Positions 10,461-21,268 of a stretch of 64,000 bases of DNA are shown one piece after another. The position numbers and the translations under genes were made by a program. The stretch comes from Escherichia coli. GTDB lineage: Bacteria > Pseudomonadota > Gammaproteobacteria > Enterobacterales > Enterobacteriaceae. The notes under the pieces are model-generated. The model saw only the letters and a list, made by a program, of their open reading frames with translations, was not told where the DNA came from and searched no databases. Each line of letters opens with the position of its first letter. The stretch's first letter is position 1. The stretch is from the NCBI RefSeq assembly GCF_030013595.1, contig NZ_CP122768.1; one strand, 5' to 3'.

Positions 10461-11755
10461 TGGCATTAAATGAAGGTCAACTGGTCACGTATGCTCTGGA
10501 TGAAATCATCGAAACCGTCCAGAACCTGACGCCAATGGCGTCCAAAGTGACAAAATACACCCCTCCGGCAGAATCCATGCAGCGTTCAAGCAACACCGTG
10601 TGGATGCCTGTTGAGCAGGAAGCGCCAACCCAGACTGGCTGGGATTTAACTGGCAACGCAACCGGGATTCTGGAACTCTCCGTGAAATGCAACATGGGCG
10701 ATCCGGATAACGATTTCTTCGAGCTTCGTGCAGATGACCTGCGTGATGAGCGTTCTTACCGTCGCCGCATCCAGGCATCCGCCAAAAAACTGGCGAATAA
10801 CATTGAGTCAGCGATTGCCAAACAGGCAACTGAAATGGGCTCGCTTGTTGTTCACGATACCCGCGCAATTGGTCCATCTACTGGCCTTTCTGGCTGGGAT
10901 TTTGTGTCTGATGCAGAGCGCCTGATGTTCTCCCGTGAGCTAAACCGCGATATGGGCATCAGTTACTTCCTGAACCCTGACGATTACCGCAAAGCAGGCC
11001 GCAACCTGGTAGATGGTGACATCTTCGGGCGCGTTACTGAAGACGCGTATCACAACGGTACTATTCAGCGTCAGATTGCTGGCTTTGATGAAATTCTTCG
11101 CTCACCGAAACTTCCCGCAGTTACCAAGTCAACCGCTACTGGTGTAACTGTTTCTGGTGCGCAGAAGTTTAAGCCGCAGGCATACACCCTTGATACCGAT
11201 GGTAACAAAGAGAACGTCGATAACCGTGTTGCAACGGTGACCGTATCCTCCACCACCGGATTTAAGCGCGGCGACAAAATCAGCTTCACTGGTGTGAAAT
11301 TCCTGTCTCAGATGGCGAAGAACGTGCTGACTGATGATGCGACTTTCTCAATCACCCGTGTGATCGATGGTACTCACATCGAAATCACGCCGAAGCCGAT
11401 TGCGCTGGATGACGCGTCACTGACAAAAGAAGAGAAGGCTTACGCTAACGTAAACACCTCTCTTGCTGATACCACTCCGGTAAACGTTCTGAACGTGGCA
11501 ACAACCACCGCTAACGTGTTCTGGGCTGATGACTCAATCCGTCTGCTGTCTCAGCCGATCCCGGTAACCCATGAACTGTTTGCTGGCATGAAAACGTCTT
11601 CCTTCAGCATTCCTGGTATTGGTGTTAACGGCATCTTCGCAACGCAGGGGGATATCAACACTCTGTCTGGCAAGTGCCGTATTGCTGTGTGGTATTCAGC
11701 ATGTGCTGTACGACCAGAGGCAATTGGTGTTGGTCTGCCTAACCAGACCGCGTGA
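10460..11755 (+). CDS. Major capsid (coat) protein (P22 gp5-like)
   Basis: 431 aa; [22 protein letters not shown]... closely matches recalled P22 coat protein. Confidence 0.9.
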   Translation: MALNEGQLVTYALDEIIETVQNLTPMASKVTKYTPPAESMQRSSNTVWMPVEQEAPTQTGWDLTGNATGILELSVKCNMGDPDNDFFELRADDLRDERSYRRRIQASAKKLANNIESAIAKQATEMGSLVVHDTRAIGPSTGLSGWDFVSDAERLMFSRELNRDMGISYFLNPDDYRKAGRNLVDGDIFGRVTEDAYHNGTIQRQIAGFDEILRSPKLPAVTKSTATGVTVSGAQKFKPQAYTLDTDGNKENVDNRVATVTVSSTTGFKRGDKISFTGVKFLSQMAKNVLTDDATFSITRVIDGTHIEITPKPIALDDASLTKEEKAYANVNTSLADTTPVNVLNVATTTANVFWADDSIRLLSQPIPVTHELFAGMKTSSFSIPGIGVNGIFATQGDINTLSGKCRIAVWYSACAVRPEAIGVGLPNQTA

Positions 11756-11763
11756 TAACCAGA

Positions 11764-11787
11764 GGGAGCTTCGGCTCCCTTTTTTAT
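11764..11787 (+). terminator. Intrinsic terminator after coat gene
   Basis: Hairpin gggagc-ttcg-gctccc followed by tttttta. Confidence 0.7.
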
Positions 11788-11799
11788 CTGGAGACAAGC

Positions 11800-12054
11800 A
11801 TGACACACATGATCTTTCGTCATGGAGACATGAAGAAGTGGAAAGGCGTTGGATACGACTTTGAAATCGTGAAAGCCGAAGAGCTTCAGGAATATCTGGA
11901 TGCTGGCTGGTTTGCACATCCCGATGACCTTCTGAAGGATGTTGCAGAGTCAGAGCCAGAGCTAGAACCAGAGTCAGAGCCAGAAGAAAAACAGCGTAAA
12001 AAGCCTGGTCGAAAACCTAAGGCGGTAGCAGATGAACCTGACAACGAAGGGTGA
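11800..12054 (+). CDS. Hypothetical acidic small protein between coat and gp4
   Basis: ATG at 11800 preceded by GGAGA; 84 aa with [13 protein letters not shown] acidic repeat; the ORF-track start at 11752 would lie inside the terminator. Confidence 0.5.
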   Translation: MTHMIFRHGDMKKWKGVGYDFEIVKAEELQEYLDAGWFAHPDDLLKDVAESEPELEPESEPEEKQRKKPGRKPKAVADEPDNEG

Positions 12055-12532
12055 TTTAGTTCTTGCGGCATTACGTAAGCTCGGTGTGGCATCAAATGCC
12101 ACGTTAACCGATGTCGAACCGCAGTCTATGGAAGATGGCGTCAACGACCTTGAAATGATGATGGCTGAATGGCTTGGCGGTGATGCGTCACCTGGGATCA
12201 ACGTTGGCTACATTTTCGCTGATGCAGATGTCGCTCCAGATCCGGGCGATGAGCACGGCTTATCAAATAACGCTATAAATGCCGTCATTTTCAACCTTGC
12301 CTGCCGCATTGCTCCAGATTATGCGCTGGAAGCGCCAGCAAAACTTATAACCACTGCCAGATACGGGAAAGAGCGACTCGTCAAACCGTCTGCAATGGAC
12401 AGAGCAAAAGCCGCTAAATGTAAGTCCGGTTATCCAAACCGTATGCCTGTTGGTAGCGGTAACCAGTTGGCGAAGTGGAATGGTTGGAATTACTTCCACC
12501 GAAAGGAACCTTGCGATAACGGGAGCGAATAA
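12032..12532 (+). CDS. Head completion / tail accessory protein (P22 gp4-like)
   Basis: 166 aa, same length and position as P22 gp4. Confidence 0.75.
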   Translation: MNLTTKGDLVLAALRKLGVASNATLTDVEPQSMEDGVNDLEMMMAEWLGGDASPGINVGYIFADADVAPDPGDEHGLSNNAINAVIFNLACRIAPDYALEAPAKLITTARYGKERLVKPSAMDRAKAAKCKSGYPNRMPVGSGNQLAKWNGWNYFHRKEPCDNGSE

Positions 12533-13951
12533 ATGCCGATTCAGCAACTTCCGCTTATGAAAGGTGTCGGCAAAGACTTTCGAAACGCCGACTATATCGA
12601 CTATCTGCCAGTGAATATGCTGGCTACACCCAAAGAAATCCTGAACAGCAGCGGATATCTTCGCTCATTCCCTGGCATTGCCAAACGCTCTGATGTGAAC
12701 GGTGTATCTCGCGGCGTCGAGTACAACATGGCGCAGAATGCTGTTTATCGTGTGTGTGGTGGCAAGCTGTACAAAGGAGAAAGTGAAGTCGGTGACGTCG
12801 CCGGAAGTGGTCGCGTATCAATGGCGCATGGTCGTACATCTCAGGCGATAGGTGTTAATGGTCAACTGGTCGAGTATCGCTATGATGGCACGATTAAAAC
12901 CGTCTCAAACTGGCCTACAGATAGTGGATTCACTCAGTATGAGCTAGGTTCGGTTCGTGACATTACGCGCTTACGTGGGCGTTATGCGTGGTCAAAAGAC
13001 GGCACTGATTCATGGTTTATCACTGATCTTGAAGACGAATCGCATCCTGACCGCTACAGCGCACAATATCGTGCCGAGTCTCAGCCGGACGGCATCATCG
13101 GCATCGGCACATGGAGAGACTTCATCGTCTGCTTTGGTTCATCGACGATTGAATATTTCTCCCTGACTGGTGCAACCACCGTTGGTGCTGCTTTGTATGT
13201 CGCACAGCCATCACTGATGGTGCAGAAAGGCATTGCCGGGACTTACTGCAAAACGCCGTTTGCTGACTCGTATGCGTTCATCAGCAATCCGGCAACAGGT
13301 GCGCCGTCTGTATACATCATCGGCTCCGGTCAGGTATCACCAATCGCCAGCGCGAGCATTGAGAAAATACTACGCTCCTACACTGCTGATGAACTGGCTG
13401 AAGGCGTGATGGAATCGCTGCGGTTTGATGCGCATGAGTTGCTGATTATCCATCTTCCGCGCCATGTTCTCGTATACGACGCATCTTCAAGCGCCAATGG
13501 TCCGCAATGGTGTGTATTGAAAACAGGCCTGTATGACGATGTGTACCGCGCTATCGACTTCATTTACGAAGGCAATCAGATAACGTGCGGCGATAAGCTG
13601 GAATCGGTGATCGGGAAATTGCAGTTCGATATCAGCAGCCAGTACGACAAGCAACAGGAACACCTGCTGTTTACTCCGTTGTTCAAAGCGGATAACGCCA
13701 GATGCTTTGATCTGGAGGTGGAATCATCGACTGGTGTTGCGCAGTATGCTGACCGCCTGTTCCTCTCTGCAACCACTGACGGCATCAATTACGGTCGTGA
13801 GCAGATGATTGAGCAGAATGAACCGTTCGTTTACGACAAACGCGTTTTGTGGAAGCGAGTTGGGCGCATCAGGAAAAATGTCGGCTTCAAATTGCGCGTT
13901 ATCACTAAGTCACCTGTCACTCTGTCAGGCTGCCAGATAAGGATTGAGTAA
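12533..13951 (+). CDS. Tail accessory protein (P22 gp10-like)
   Basis: 472 aa, same length and position as P22 gp10. Confidence 0.75.
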   Translation: MPIQQLPLMKGVGKDFRNADYIDYLPVNMLATPKEILNSSGYLRSFPGIAKRSDVNGVSRGVEYNMAQNAVYRVCGGKLYKGESEVGDVAGSGRVSMAHGRTSQAIGVNGQLVEYRYDGTIKTVSNWPTDSGFTQYELGSVRDITRLRGRYAWSKDGTDSWFITDLEDESHPDRYSAQYRAESQPDGIIGIGTWRDFIVCFGSSTIEYFSLTGATTVGAALYVAQPSLMVQKGIAGTYCKTPFADSYAFISNPATGAPSVYIIGSGQVSPIASASIEKILRSYTADELAEGVMESLRFDAHELLIIHLPRHVLVYDASSSANGPQWCVLKTGLYDDVYRAIDFIYEGNQITCGDKLESVIGKLQFDISSQYDKQQEHLLFTPLFKADNARCFDLEVESSTGVAQYADRLFLSATTDGINYGREQMIEQNEPFVYDKRVLWKRVGRIRKNVGFKLRVITKSPVTLSGCQIRIE

Positions 13952-14799
13952 TGGCTGATTCGAATCTCAATGTGCCGGTAATCATTCAGGCTACACGGCT
14001 CGACACATCAGTCCTTCCACGCAATATCTTCTCGCAGTCGTATCTGCTTTACGTTATCGCACAGGGTACTGATGTTGGTAACGTGGCGAACAAAGCCAAC
14101 GAGGCCGGACAGGGTGCTTATGACGCACAAGTCAGGAACGATGAGCAGGATGTGATTCTCGCTGACCATGAGCAGCGAATTTCTGCTGCGGAAGCAACGC
14201 TTGTTAATCATGAGGAGCGAATCAGCCAGGCAGAATCAACTCTTCAGGAACATGAAACGCGAATCGCTCAGAATGAAAGCGATATTGCGTCGCTTGATAC
14301 CAGAGTTCAGTCGCTGGAGTCGCAGGTTTCAGACCATGAATCGCGCATCGATTCTCTGGAGTATGCCACTACTCGCAAAAAGTCAGAGGTTGTTTACTCT
14401 GGCGTATCTGTAACCATTCCGACAGCGCCGACCAACCTTGTTAGCCTGCTGAAAACGCTCACGCCGTCATCAGGCTCGTTGGCACCATTCTTCGACACCG
14501 TTAACAACAAGATGATTGTGTTCAACGAGAACAAAACCTTGTTCTTCAAGCTGTCGATCGTCGGGACGTGGCCCAGCGGAACAGCCAACAGGTCAATGCA
14601 GCTAACCTTTTCCGGCTCTGTTCCTGACACACTGGTAAGCAGTCGCAACTCGGCTACAACAACCGATAACATCCTGTTAGCTACGTTCTTCAGCGTGGAT
14701 AAAGACGGCTTTCTTGCCACAAATGGCAGCACGTTAACCATCCAGTCAAATGGTGCGGCGTTTACTGCCACAACTATCAAAATCATTGCGGAGCAGTGA
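13951..14799 (+). CDS. Tail needle protein (P22 gp26-like) with C-terminal knob extension
   Basis: 282 aa; N-terminal heptad-repeat coiled coil ([41 protein letters not shown]) followed by an extra C-terminal domain. Confidence 0.75.
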   Translation: MADSNLNVPVIIQATRLDTSVLPRNIFSQSYLLYVIAQGTDVGNVANKANEAGQGAYDAQVRNDEQDVILADHEQRISAAEATLVNHEERISQAESTLQEHETRIAQNESDIASLDTRVQSLESQVSDHESRIDSLEYATTRKKSEVVYSGVSVTIPTAPTNLVSLLKTLTPSSGSLAPFFDTVNNKMIVFNENKTLFFKLSIVGTWPSGTANRSMQLTFSGSVPDTLVSSRNSATTTDNILLATFFSVDKDGFLATNGSTLTIQSNGAAFTATTIKIIAEQ

Positions 14800-15266
14800 T
14801 GGAAATAAAGCTCATCGATAATCCGGTGAAGCTTGCAGAATTCCTCAACAACCCGGCAAACACGGGAAATATCGTAGATAGTGGAGATAAATACTACATC
14901 AAGCCTGATGCGGTATACCTCGGCATCTACGAAGGATTAGTGCTGGCTGGCGTTCATGAAGTGCGTAACTTCTGGCATAGCGTTGTTGAATGCCATGCGG
15001 TGTACGACCCCGGATTCCGTGGTGAATATGCACTGCAAGGGCATCGATTATTCTGCAAGTGGCTTCTCGAAAACTCACCATTCCTTAACAGCATTACCAT
15101 GGTTCCTGACACCACGAAATACGGACGGGCAATTATCCGTTTGCTTGGCGCTACCCGTGTTGGTCACCTTGATGATGCGTACATGAGTAACGGAAAACCG
15201 GTTGGAATCACCCTCTATCAATTACCTCGTTCAAAATATGAGGAGCTATTAAATGTTAGTACTTAG
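14796..15266 (+). CDS. P22 gp14-like assembly/ejection-associated protein
   Basis: 156 aa in the position of P22 gene 14. Confidence 0.55.
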   Translation: MMEIKLIDNPVKLAEFLNNPANTGNIVDSGDKYYIKPDAVYLGIYEGLVLAGVHEVRNFWHSVVECHAVYDPGFRGEYALQGHRLFCKWLLENSPFLNSITMVPDTTKYGRAIIRLLGATRVGHLDDAYMSNGKPVGITLYQLPRSKYEELLNVST

Positions 15267-15933
15267 CGAAAGCTTCAAGAATAAATTGCTTCCCATGAAT
15301 GGGTATATGAAAGGCGGCAGCGACTCCGGATCTAAAGCCCAGGCACGCGCAACTGAAAAGGGCATCGAACTGCAGCGTGAAATGTGGCAAACGAACATGC
15401 AGAACCTTGCACCGTTCACGCCACTCGCTAAGCAGTACGTATCACAGTTGCAGAATCTTTCCTCTCTTCAGGGGCAAGGTCAGGCGCTTAACCAGTATTA
15501 CAACTCTCAGCAGTATAAAGACCTTGCAGGGCAGGCACGCTATCAGAGTCTGGCAGCAGCAGAGGCAACGGGTGGATTAGGCTCTACAGCAACAGGAAAC
15601 CAGTTAGCAGCAATCGCACCTACACTCGGTCAAAACTGGCTGTCAGGTCAGATGAACAACTACAACAATCTGGCAAACATTGGCCTTGGTGCTCTTACAG
15701 GTCAGGCAAACGCTGGGCAGAACTACGCTAACAACGTCAGCCAATTGTATCAACAGCAGGCGGCAGCATCTGCGGCGAATGCTAACCGACCATCAGGACT
15801 GCAATCAGCCTTGGGAGGTGCCATGAGCGGTGCGGCATCAGGGGCGATGATTGGCTCTGTGGTGCCAGGAATAGGTACAGCTGTTGGCGCTATTGGTGGC
15901 GGTATTATCGGTGGTCTTGGATCATTGTTTTAA
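15253..15933 (+). CDS. Ejection (internal) protein, P22 gp7-like
   Basis: 226 aa; Gln/Ala/Gly-rich low-complexity protein with Gly-rich C-terminus; syntenic with P22 gene 7. Confidence 0.7.
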   Translation: MLVLSESFKNKLLPMNGYMKGGSDSGSKAQARATEKGIELQREMWQTNMQNLAPFTPLAKQYVSQLQNLSSLQGQGQALNQYYNSQQYKDLAGQARYQSLAAAEATGGLGSTATGNQLAAIAPTLGQNWLSGQMNNYNNLANIGLGALTGQANAGQNYANNVSQLYQQQAAASAANANRPSGLQSALGGAMSGAASGAMIGSVVPGIGTAVGAIGGGIIGGLGSLF

Positions 15934-15942
15934 GGTGGGAAT

Positions 15943-17325
15943 ATGGCTAGTTGGCAACAAGGAATCAACTCAGGCGGCTTTCTTGCTGGTATCGGTGGGC
16001 AAAACTCAAATGCGCCAAAGGCAAGTGATGTAAGTGAGGCGTTGGCCTATATTCGCCAGAACAACGAAATGGAGCGCTCAGGTCGCAATAACATCGGCCT
16101 TCAGGCGTTGCAGGGGCTTGGTAGTGTCGCTCAAACATATCAAGCCGCAAAGCAACAGGAATTCCAAAAAGAATATGCGGCAGCCATCCAGTCAGGTGAT
16201 CGGCAGCAGGTGCGAGATCTGATGACCAAATATCCTGGTCAATTAGAGAAGATTCAGTCTGGTATGAAGTGGGCAGACGAAGACCAGCGCAATTCTATCG
16301 GCACCTTAGCGGCTGGCGCACGCCTTGCGTCATCGTCTCCAGAAGCAATGCAATCATGGCTGCAAAACAACGCCAAGGAACTGGCGCGCGTCGGTGTTGA
16401 CCCTAACAGCGTTGCTCAGATGTATCAGCAAAACCCTTCAGGATTTGGTGAGTTTGTTGATCACCTTGGAATGGCTGCTCTTGGTCCGATTGATTACTTC
16501 AATGTTCAGGACAAGATGGCTGGTCGTGAAATTGACCGAGGCAAACTGGCAGAGACAATCCGCAGCAATCAGGCTGGCGAGGCGCTAACAGCACGAGGCC
16601 AGAACATCACGATGCGCGGTCAGGACTTATCTGCTTCTACTGCGCGACGAGGTCAGGATTTGGCAATGCAGCGAGCGTCAACAAGACGAATCGCTGGGAA
16701 TGATGAGCGTACAGTTCAGTTATCAGATGGCAGAACTGTAACGGTAGGCGGGAAGCTTCACGGCGCTGGGGCTAATGCGTTCTACGAAGGCATCGACAAC
16801 GAGGGGAATATGGTTCGCGTCCCTGCTGGCTCTATTGCCGCTCCGGCTACATCGGCAGCAAGCGCGCAGAATTACGCAATGAAGAAAGATCTTGATGCAA
16901 TTTCTGGTGCATCAATTGACGATCTTGGCTTCATGACTGGCATTACAGGCTCTTCAGGTTCTCCTGCTCTTGGTGCAGATATTCGTAGCCGTGCATCTGG
17001 TGGTGATCAGAGGAAACTATACAACGCTGCACAGCGAATCCAAGGAAAGATGCAGAATCAGGGCATTGCAGCAGCCAGAGACATGGGGGCATCCGGTATC
17101 AACACCGTTGCAGAAGCAAAGATGTATTTTCAAGGTATGCCACAGGTTGATTTCTCAAGCCCTGAAGCACTGCAACAATCAATGCGCGACATTCAGCAAT
17201 ATACCGACAATTACAACCAGCAATATAACGTTAATGTTGGTAAATCTCAGCGGCAGCAATCTCAACCTGCACAGGTATCACAGCCAGCAGCCAGCAGTAA
17301 CTTTTCTTCACTATGGGGTGATTAA
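15943..17325 (+). CDS. Ejection protein, P22 gp20-like
   Basis: 460 aa; position and composition as P22 gene 20. Confidence 0.7.
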   Translation: MASWQQGINSGGFLAGIGGQNSNAPKASDVSEALAYIRQNNEMERSGRNNIGLQALQGLGSVAQTYQAAKQQEFQKEYAAAIQSGDRQQVRDLMTKYPGQLEKIQSGMKWADEDQRNSIGTLAAGARLASSSPEAMQSWLQNNAKELARVGVDPNSVAQMYQQNPSGFGEFVDHLGMAALGPIDYFNVQDKMAGREIDRGKLAETIRSNQAGEALTARGQNITMRGQDLSASTARRGQDLAMQRASTRRIAGNDERTVQLSDGRTVTVGGKLHGAGANAFYEGIDNEGNMVRVPAGSIAAPATSAASAQNYAMKKDLDAISGASIDDLGFMTGITGSSGSPALGADIRSRASGGDQRKLYNAAQRIQGKMQNQGIAAARDMGASGINTVAEAKMYFQGMPQVDFSSPEALQQSMRDIQQYTDNYNQQYNVNVGKSQRQQSQPAQVSQPAASSNFSSLWGD

Positions 17326-19430
17326 TGGCTAAAGCATGGAAAGATGTTATCGCTTCTCCACAGTATCAGGCGTTAGCACCAGAACAAAAAGCGCAGGCTC
17401 AGGAGCAATACTTCAATGAAGTCGTGGCCCCGCAAGCCGGAGAAAGTGTAGAGCAGGCTAAGCAGGCTTTTTATGCTGCCTATCCACTACCATCAACGAA
17501 TGAAATAGACCGATACCAATCAGCAACTCAAAATATTCAACATACATCATCTGATAATTCTCTTGCGTCAGGGTATGCAAAGTTAGCTACTCAGCAAAGA
17601 GAGGGGCTTGAGCGTTCAGCAGAACAGGGAGCCAGTCTTGGGGCTGCGATGCGCGATGCTATAACAGGCGAAAGCCGAATGACTCCAGAGATGGAGAGAC
17701 TGCAAAATGTCGACCTTGCCCCAGAGTTAACCTCACTCAGCATGGATGCTCTAAAAGCTCGATGGTCTCAACTTTTCGGCTCTGACGCATCTCAGGAAAA
17801 GATTCTTCAGAGCATGGGAGCGAAATTAAGGCAGGATGAGAAGGGGAACACTATCGTTTCCCTGCCATCCGGTGATTATGCTCTGAACAAGCCGGGTTTA
17901 TCGCCGCAAGACGTGGCATCGTTTCTGGCTAATGCGCTGGCGTTTACACCAGCGGGCAGGGCTGGAACGGTGCTTGGTGCCATAGGAAAATCAGCAGCTA
18001 CAGATTTAGCACTACAGGGAGCCACCAGCCTTGCTGGTGGAGAAGATATTGATCCGTTACAAACGGTAATTTCTGCTGGCATTGGTGGTATTGGTAAGGG
18101 GCTGGAAAATACAGCGAGTGCGGTTTCGAGGGCTGTTCGTGGTGATATGTCGCCTGAAGCAAAGGCTGCTGTCGACTTTGCATCGGAAAGAAATCTGCCG
18201 TTAATGACCAGTGACATGCTGAAAGATAAAACCTTTATGCAGAGTCAGGCTCAGACATTAGGCGAAAGAGTTCCTTTTTTTGGAACCGGTAAGAATCGGC
18301 TGAATCAACAACAAGCACGAGAAAATTTAGTCAGAACATTTAGCGATGGTCTGGGTGGTATTTCTGATAAACAGCTTTATGAATCTGCGACTAAAGGGCA
18401 ACAAAAATTCATTGAGGCAGCAGGAAAGCGATATAACCGCATAATTGACGCTATGGGGGATACCCCTGTCGATCTCTCAAACACGGTAAAAGCTATCGAC
18501 AATCAGATTGCCGTGTTAAGCCGCCCGGGCAAATCTCAGGATAGAGCCGCGGTAAAAGTCTTGCAGCAATTTAAAGACGATATCACCAGCGGGCCAAATG
18601 ACCTGCGTCTGGCGAGGGAAAACAGAACCGATCTTCGAAAGCGATTTATGGCGTCATCTGACACTGTTGATAAAGATACGCTCCAGAAAGCCAGCGATAT
18701 TATCTACAAGGCATATACGGCGGATATGAAAAAAGCCGTAGCCAAAAATCTTGGAGCAGACGAAGCCATTAATATGGCAAGGGTTGATCGCTCATGGTCT
18801 AAATTCAATGACATGATGGGAAGAACGCGCGTTCAAAAGGCAATAGCCAGCGGCAAGGCCACGCCTGAGGATGTAACAAAACTCGTTTTTAGCCAAAGCC
18901 CATCAGAACGTTCTCAGCTTTACAGGCTTCTGGATGACAATGGTAGGCAAAACGCACGAGCAGCCATAGTTCAGAATGCTGTAGATAAGGCGACTGATCC
19001 GTCTGGAAATATCAGTGTTGAGAAGTTTATTAATGCGTTACACCGGAACAGGAAGCAATCAGCAACTTTCTTTAAAGGCGTACATGGAAAGGAACTGGAC
19101 GGCGTTATTAAATACCTCAACGATACAAGACACGCGGCAAAAGCGAACGTTCAAAACTTAAATGGTCAGCAGCTTTATGGATTGTTAGTTGGTGGTGGCA
19201 TCATAAACGCAGCAGTATTAGCGGGGATGCTAAAAACGGCTGCGTTTGTTGTTCCTGCTGCTGGTGCCGTAGGCGGAGCAGCGAAGGCATACGAAAGCCC
19301 TGTTATACGAAATGCCTTGTTACGTCTGGCAAATACGCCAAAAGGTAGCACAGCATATGACAGAGCGATCAGTACGGTCACACAATCGCTCACCAGAGTC
19401 GCACAGGCATCACAAAAAGAAGCTCAATAA
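17325..19430 (+). CDS. Ejection protein, P22 gp16-like (longer than I recall for P22)
   Basis: 701 aa; last gene of the rightward virion operon. Confidence 0.7.
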   Translation: MAKAWKDVIASPQYQALAPEQKAQAQEQYFNEVVAPQAGESVEQAKQAFYAAYPLPSTNEIDRYQSATQNIQHTSSDNSLASGYAKLATQQREGLERSAEQGASLGAAMRDAITGESRMTPEMERLQNVDLAPELTSLSMDALKARWSQLFGSDASQEKILQSMGAKLRQDEKGNTIVSLPSGDYALNKPGLSPQDVASFLANALAFTPAGRAGTVLGAIGKSAATDLALQGATSLAGGEDIDPLQTVISAGIGGIGKGLENTASAVSRAVRGDMSPEAKAAVDFASERNLPLMTSDMLKDKTFMQSQAQTLGERVPFFGTGKNRLNQQQARENLVRTFSDGLGGISDKQLYESATKGQQKFIEAAGKRYNRIIDAMGDTPVDLSNTVKAIDNQIAVLSRPGKSQDRAAVKVLQQFKDDITSGPNDLRLARENRTDLRKRFMASSDTVDKDTLQKASDIIYKAYTADMKKAVAKNLGADEAINMARVDRSWSKFNDMMGRTRVQKAIASGKATPEDVTKLVFSQSPSERSQLYRLLDDNGRQNARAAIVQNAVDKATDPSGNISVEKFINALHRNRKQSATFFKGVHGKELDGVIKYLNDTRHAAKANVQNLNGQQLYGLLVGGGIINAAVLAGMLKTAAFVVPAAGAVGGAAKAYESPVIRNALLRLANTPKGSTAYDRAISTVTQSLTRVAQASQKEAQ

Positions 19431-19448
19431 CTGGTTAGCCATGGATGG

Positions 19449-19637
19449 TTATTTCCTTAGCACATGAAACAATGTTTGCTTTAATTCCACCCATACAATT
19501 ATGACCACTATAGACAGACAAAAGAAACTGAATGCATTGGCATCACGATCGAAACCTTCTCCGGCACTAAATCCGTAAAAGGTCATAAAAAATATAAAAA
19601 TTGCGCACTTTGCAACGTTTACAAATTTTTTCTTCAC
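19449..19637 (-). CDS. Hypothetical small membrane protein (moron, antisense to late operon)
   Basis: 62 aa, two predicted hydrophobic helices, low GC; lies where P22 carries sieA. Confidence 0.4.
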   Translation of the reverse strand: MKKKFVNVAKCAIFIFFMTFYGFSAGEGFDRDANAFSFFCLSIVVIIVWVELKQTLFHVLRK

Positions 19638-20011
19638 ACCAACCTCCTTAGTTTTGCTCAGGATACCAGATGATACTTTATTGGTGGAGTGGTGTGTGAA
19701 AACGTGTCAACGACAAACCATCCACAACTTGGACGAATGATTTAGCAAAAAGTGCTATTTTTGGTGTTTAGTGTCATAGAAAAGTGAATAGCTCACTTTT
19801 CAACATTGCATGAAACTTGCAGGAAATGTGACATTACCTTATAGGTAATTTCGGCGAAAATGCAGTAAATGTGAAACGTAATGGTTTAAACATGTCGCTA
19901 AAGTGGTTGTAAGTTAGCCTCCGAAGGATTGCTGATAGCTTTGTTATAGTATTAAATGACATTTGACATAGTTGGATACTTAGCTGTGGCTATCAAGATG
20001 GAGGTGTGTTC

Positions 20012-20455
20012 ATGCTTACTTGTTTTGATGTCGCCGACTACTTCCTGTCGCGGTGTGACGAGGATAGCGGTGACACAATCTCTAATTTAAAATTACAAAA
20101 GCTTGTTTACTATGCTCAGGGGTTTTCATTGGCGTTGCTTGGTGAGCCTCTTTTTCAGAATAAGATGGAAGCTTGGATGCATGGCCCTGTTGTCCCTGAG
20201 CTTTATCGCCGTTATAAACAATATGGTAATGGAGCTATCCCTTCTCCAGAGTCTTTTGATGCTGAAAAATTCAGCGAAGAACAGTTAGAGCTATTAGAAG
20301 AAGTCTGGGATGTTTTTGGGCAATTTTCTGCCTGGAAACTGAGGAACATGACACACGAAGAGTCACCATGGAGATCAAACTATATTGAGGGTGTTGGTGG
20401 TTCTGAAATTAGCTCTAAGGAGATGGCAGAGTACTTTGCAACTCGGATTAACTAA
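20012..20455 (+). CDS. DUF4065 / Panacea-domain protein (putative antitoxin, PanA/SocA-like)
   Basis: Motif LKLQKLVYYAQGFSLALLGEPLF...EAWMHGPVVPELYRRYKQYG typical of DUF4065 phage-associated proteins; GGAGG 7 nt upstream of ATG 20012 (the ORF track uses GTG 20006). Confidence 0.65.
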   Translation: MLTCFDVADYFLSRCDEDSGDTISNLKLQKLVYYAQGFSLALLGEPLFQNKMEAWMHGPVVPELYRRYKQYGNGAIPSPESFDAEKFSEEQLELLEEVWDVFGQFSAWKLRNMTHEESPWRSNYIEGVGGSEISSKEMAEYFATRIN

Positions 20456-20459
20456 CGAG

Positions 20460-20879
20460 ATGGCAAGAAAATCTAAAAGGATTATCCCCCCTGCTGAATC
20501 TACAGGTAAGTTAAAGTTAGGGCCGCAGTCAGGGGGGAATTCAGATCAAAAGAAACCGAAATTTTCATTCTGTTACATCCAAAGCTCTCACTGCATAACG
20601 AAATGCCAAAAAGATGAGAAAGCTGGCTTAGCTGATAAATTATACAGATTAAGTCAACTAACATGGGCAGAGATTAAGCAGCAAGGTAGGCATAAGCTTG
20701 GATTTGAGAAGATTGCAAGGGGTGCAATTAAAGCTGGTATCCCCGGTCATATAACGGAAGACGTAGATCATTTCTTGGCTTTTAGATTTGATGATTTGAA
20801 AGCCATGGTTGGTTATCGTCTTGGATCGACATTTTTTGTTATATGGCTTGATAGAGAGTTCAACCTATACAAGCACTAA
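20460..20879 (+). CDS. Uncharacterised partner protein of the Panacea-like gene (candidate toxin/effector)
   Basis: ATG 4 nt after upstream stop; 139 aa, basic N-terminus, Cys cluster (CYIQSSHCITKC), C-terminal GYRLGSTFFVIWLDREFNLYKH weakly like RelE/ParE-type toxin C-termini; followed by strong terminator. Confidence 0.5.
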   Translation: MARKSKRIIPPAESTGKLKLGPQSGGNSDQKKPKFSFCYIQSSHCITKCQKDEKAGLADKLYRLSQLTWAEIKQQGRHKLGFEKIARGAIKAGIPGHITEDVDHFLAFRFDDLKAMVGYRLGSTFFVIWLDREFNLYKH

Positions 20880-20908
20880 TAAAACCCACCGTCAGGTGGG
20901 TTTTTTTG
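20879..20908. terminator. Strong, probably bidirectional intrinsic terminator
   Basis: Hairpin acccacc-gtca-ggtgggt flanked by an A-run upstream and a T-run downstream; sits between convergent genes. Confidence 0.8.
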
Positions 20909-20923
20909 TTGGAGATAAAATGG

Positions 20924-21127
20924 TTAACCAAATCGATCCTTAAAGCGTCTATCGCTGTTGCGTCTCTCCATTTTACTGTTGCAGTACGGACAAAGATGCT
21001 GTTTCTTTCCATCGATAGTCCATGTGAAGTACTTTTTCTTAAATCCAGCACCACAGATATCGCAACTTCTTGGTTTAAACATACTGGCTATGAAGATAAG
21101 AACAACAAATCCTATGATCCATTCCAT
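20924..21127 (-). CDS. Hypothetical small membrane-anchored zinc-ribbon protein
   Basis: 67 aa; N-terminal hydrophobic helix then CDICG...CPYC (CxxC...CxxC); low GC. Confidence 0.45.
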   Translation of the reverse strand: MEWIIGFVVLIFIASMFKPRSCDICGAGFKKKYFTWTIDGKKQHLCPYCNSKMERRNSDRRFKDRFG

Positions 21128-21268
21128 ATCATGTACCTGTTTTAACTTTATTTTTTGATTTTTAGGGATTAATCAGAAACTTTATCTTGCGATTAAGCAA
21201 AGCTACTAGCTAACAAAAGAGTGCGTATACAATCAATCGTTTCACATCAACCTCAACAAGGAGAAATC

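Noticed and set aside
20460-20879. HEPN-type RNase assignment for the Panacea partner based on a C-terminal R-x6-H spacing (REFNLYKH)
   Set aside because: The surrounding sequence looks beta-rich rather than the all-helical HEPN fold and the motif spacing is at the edge of the HEPN consensus; left as unassigned pending profile searches
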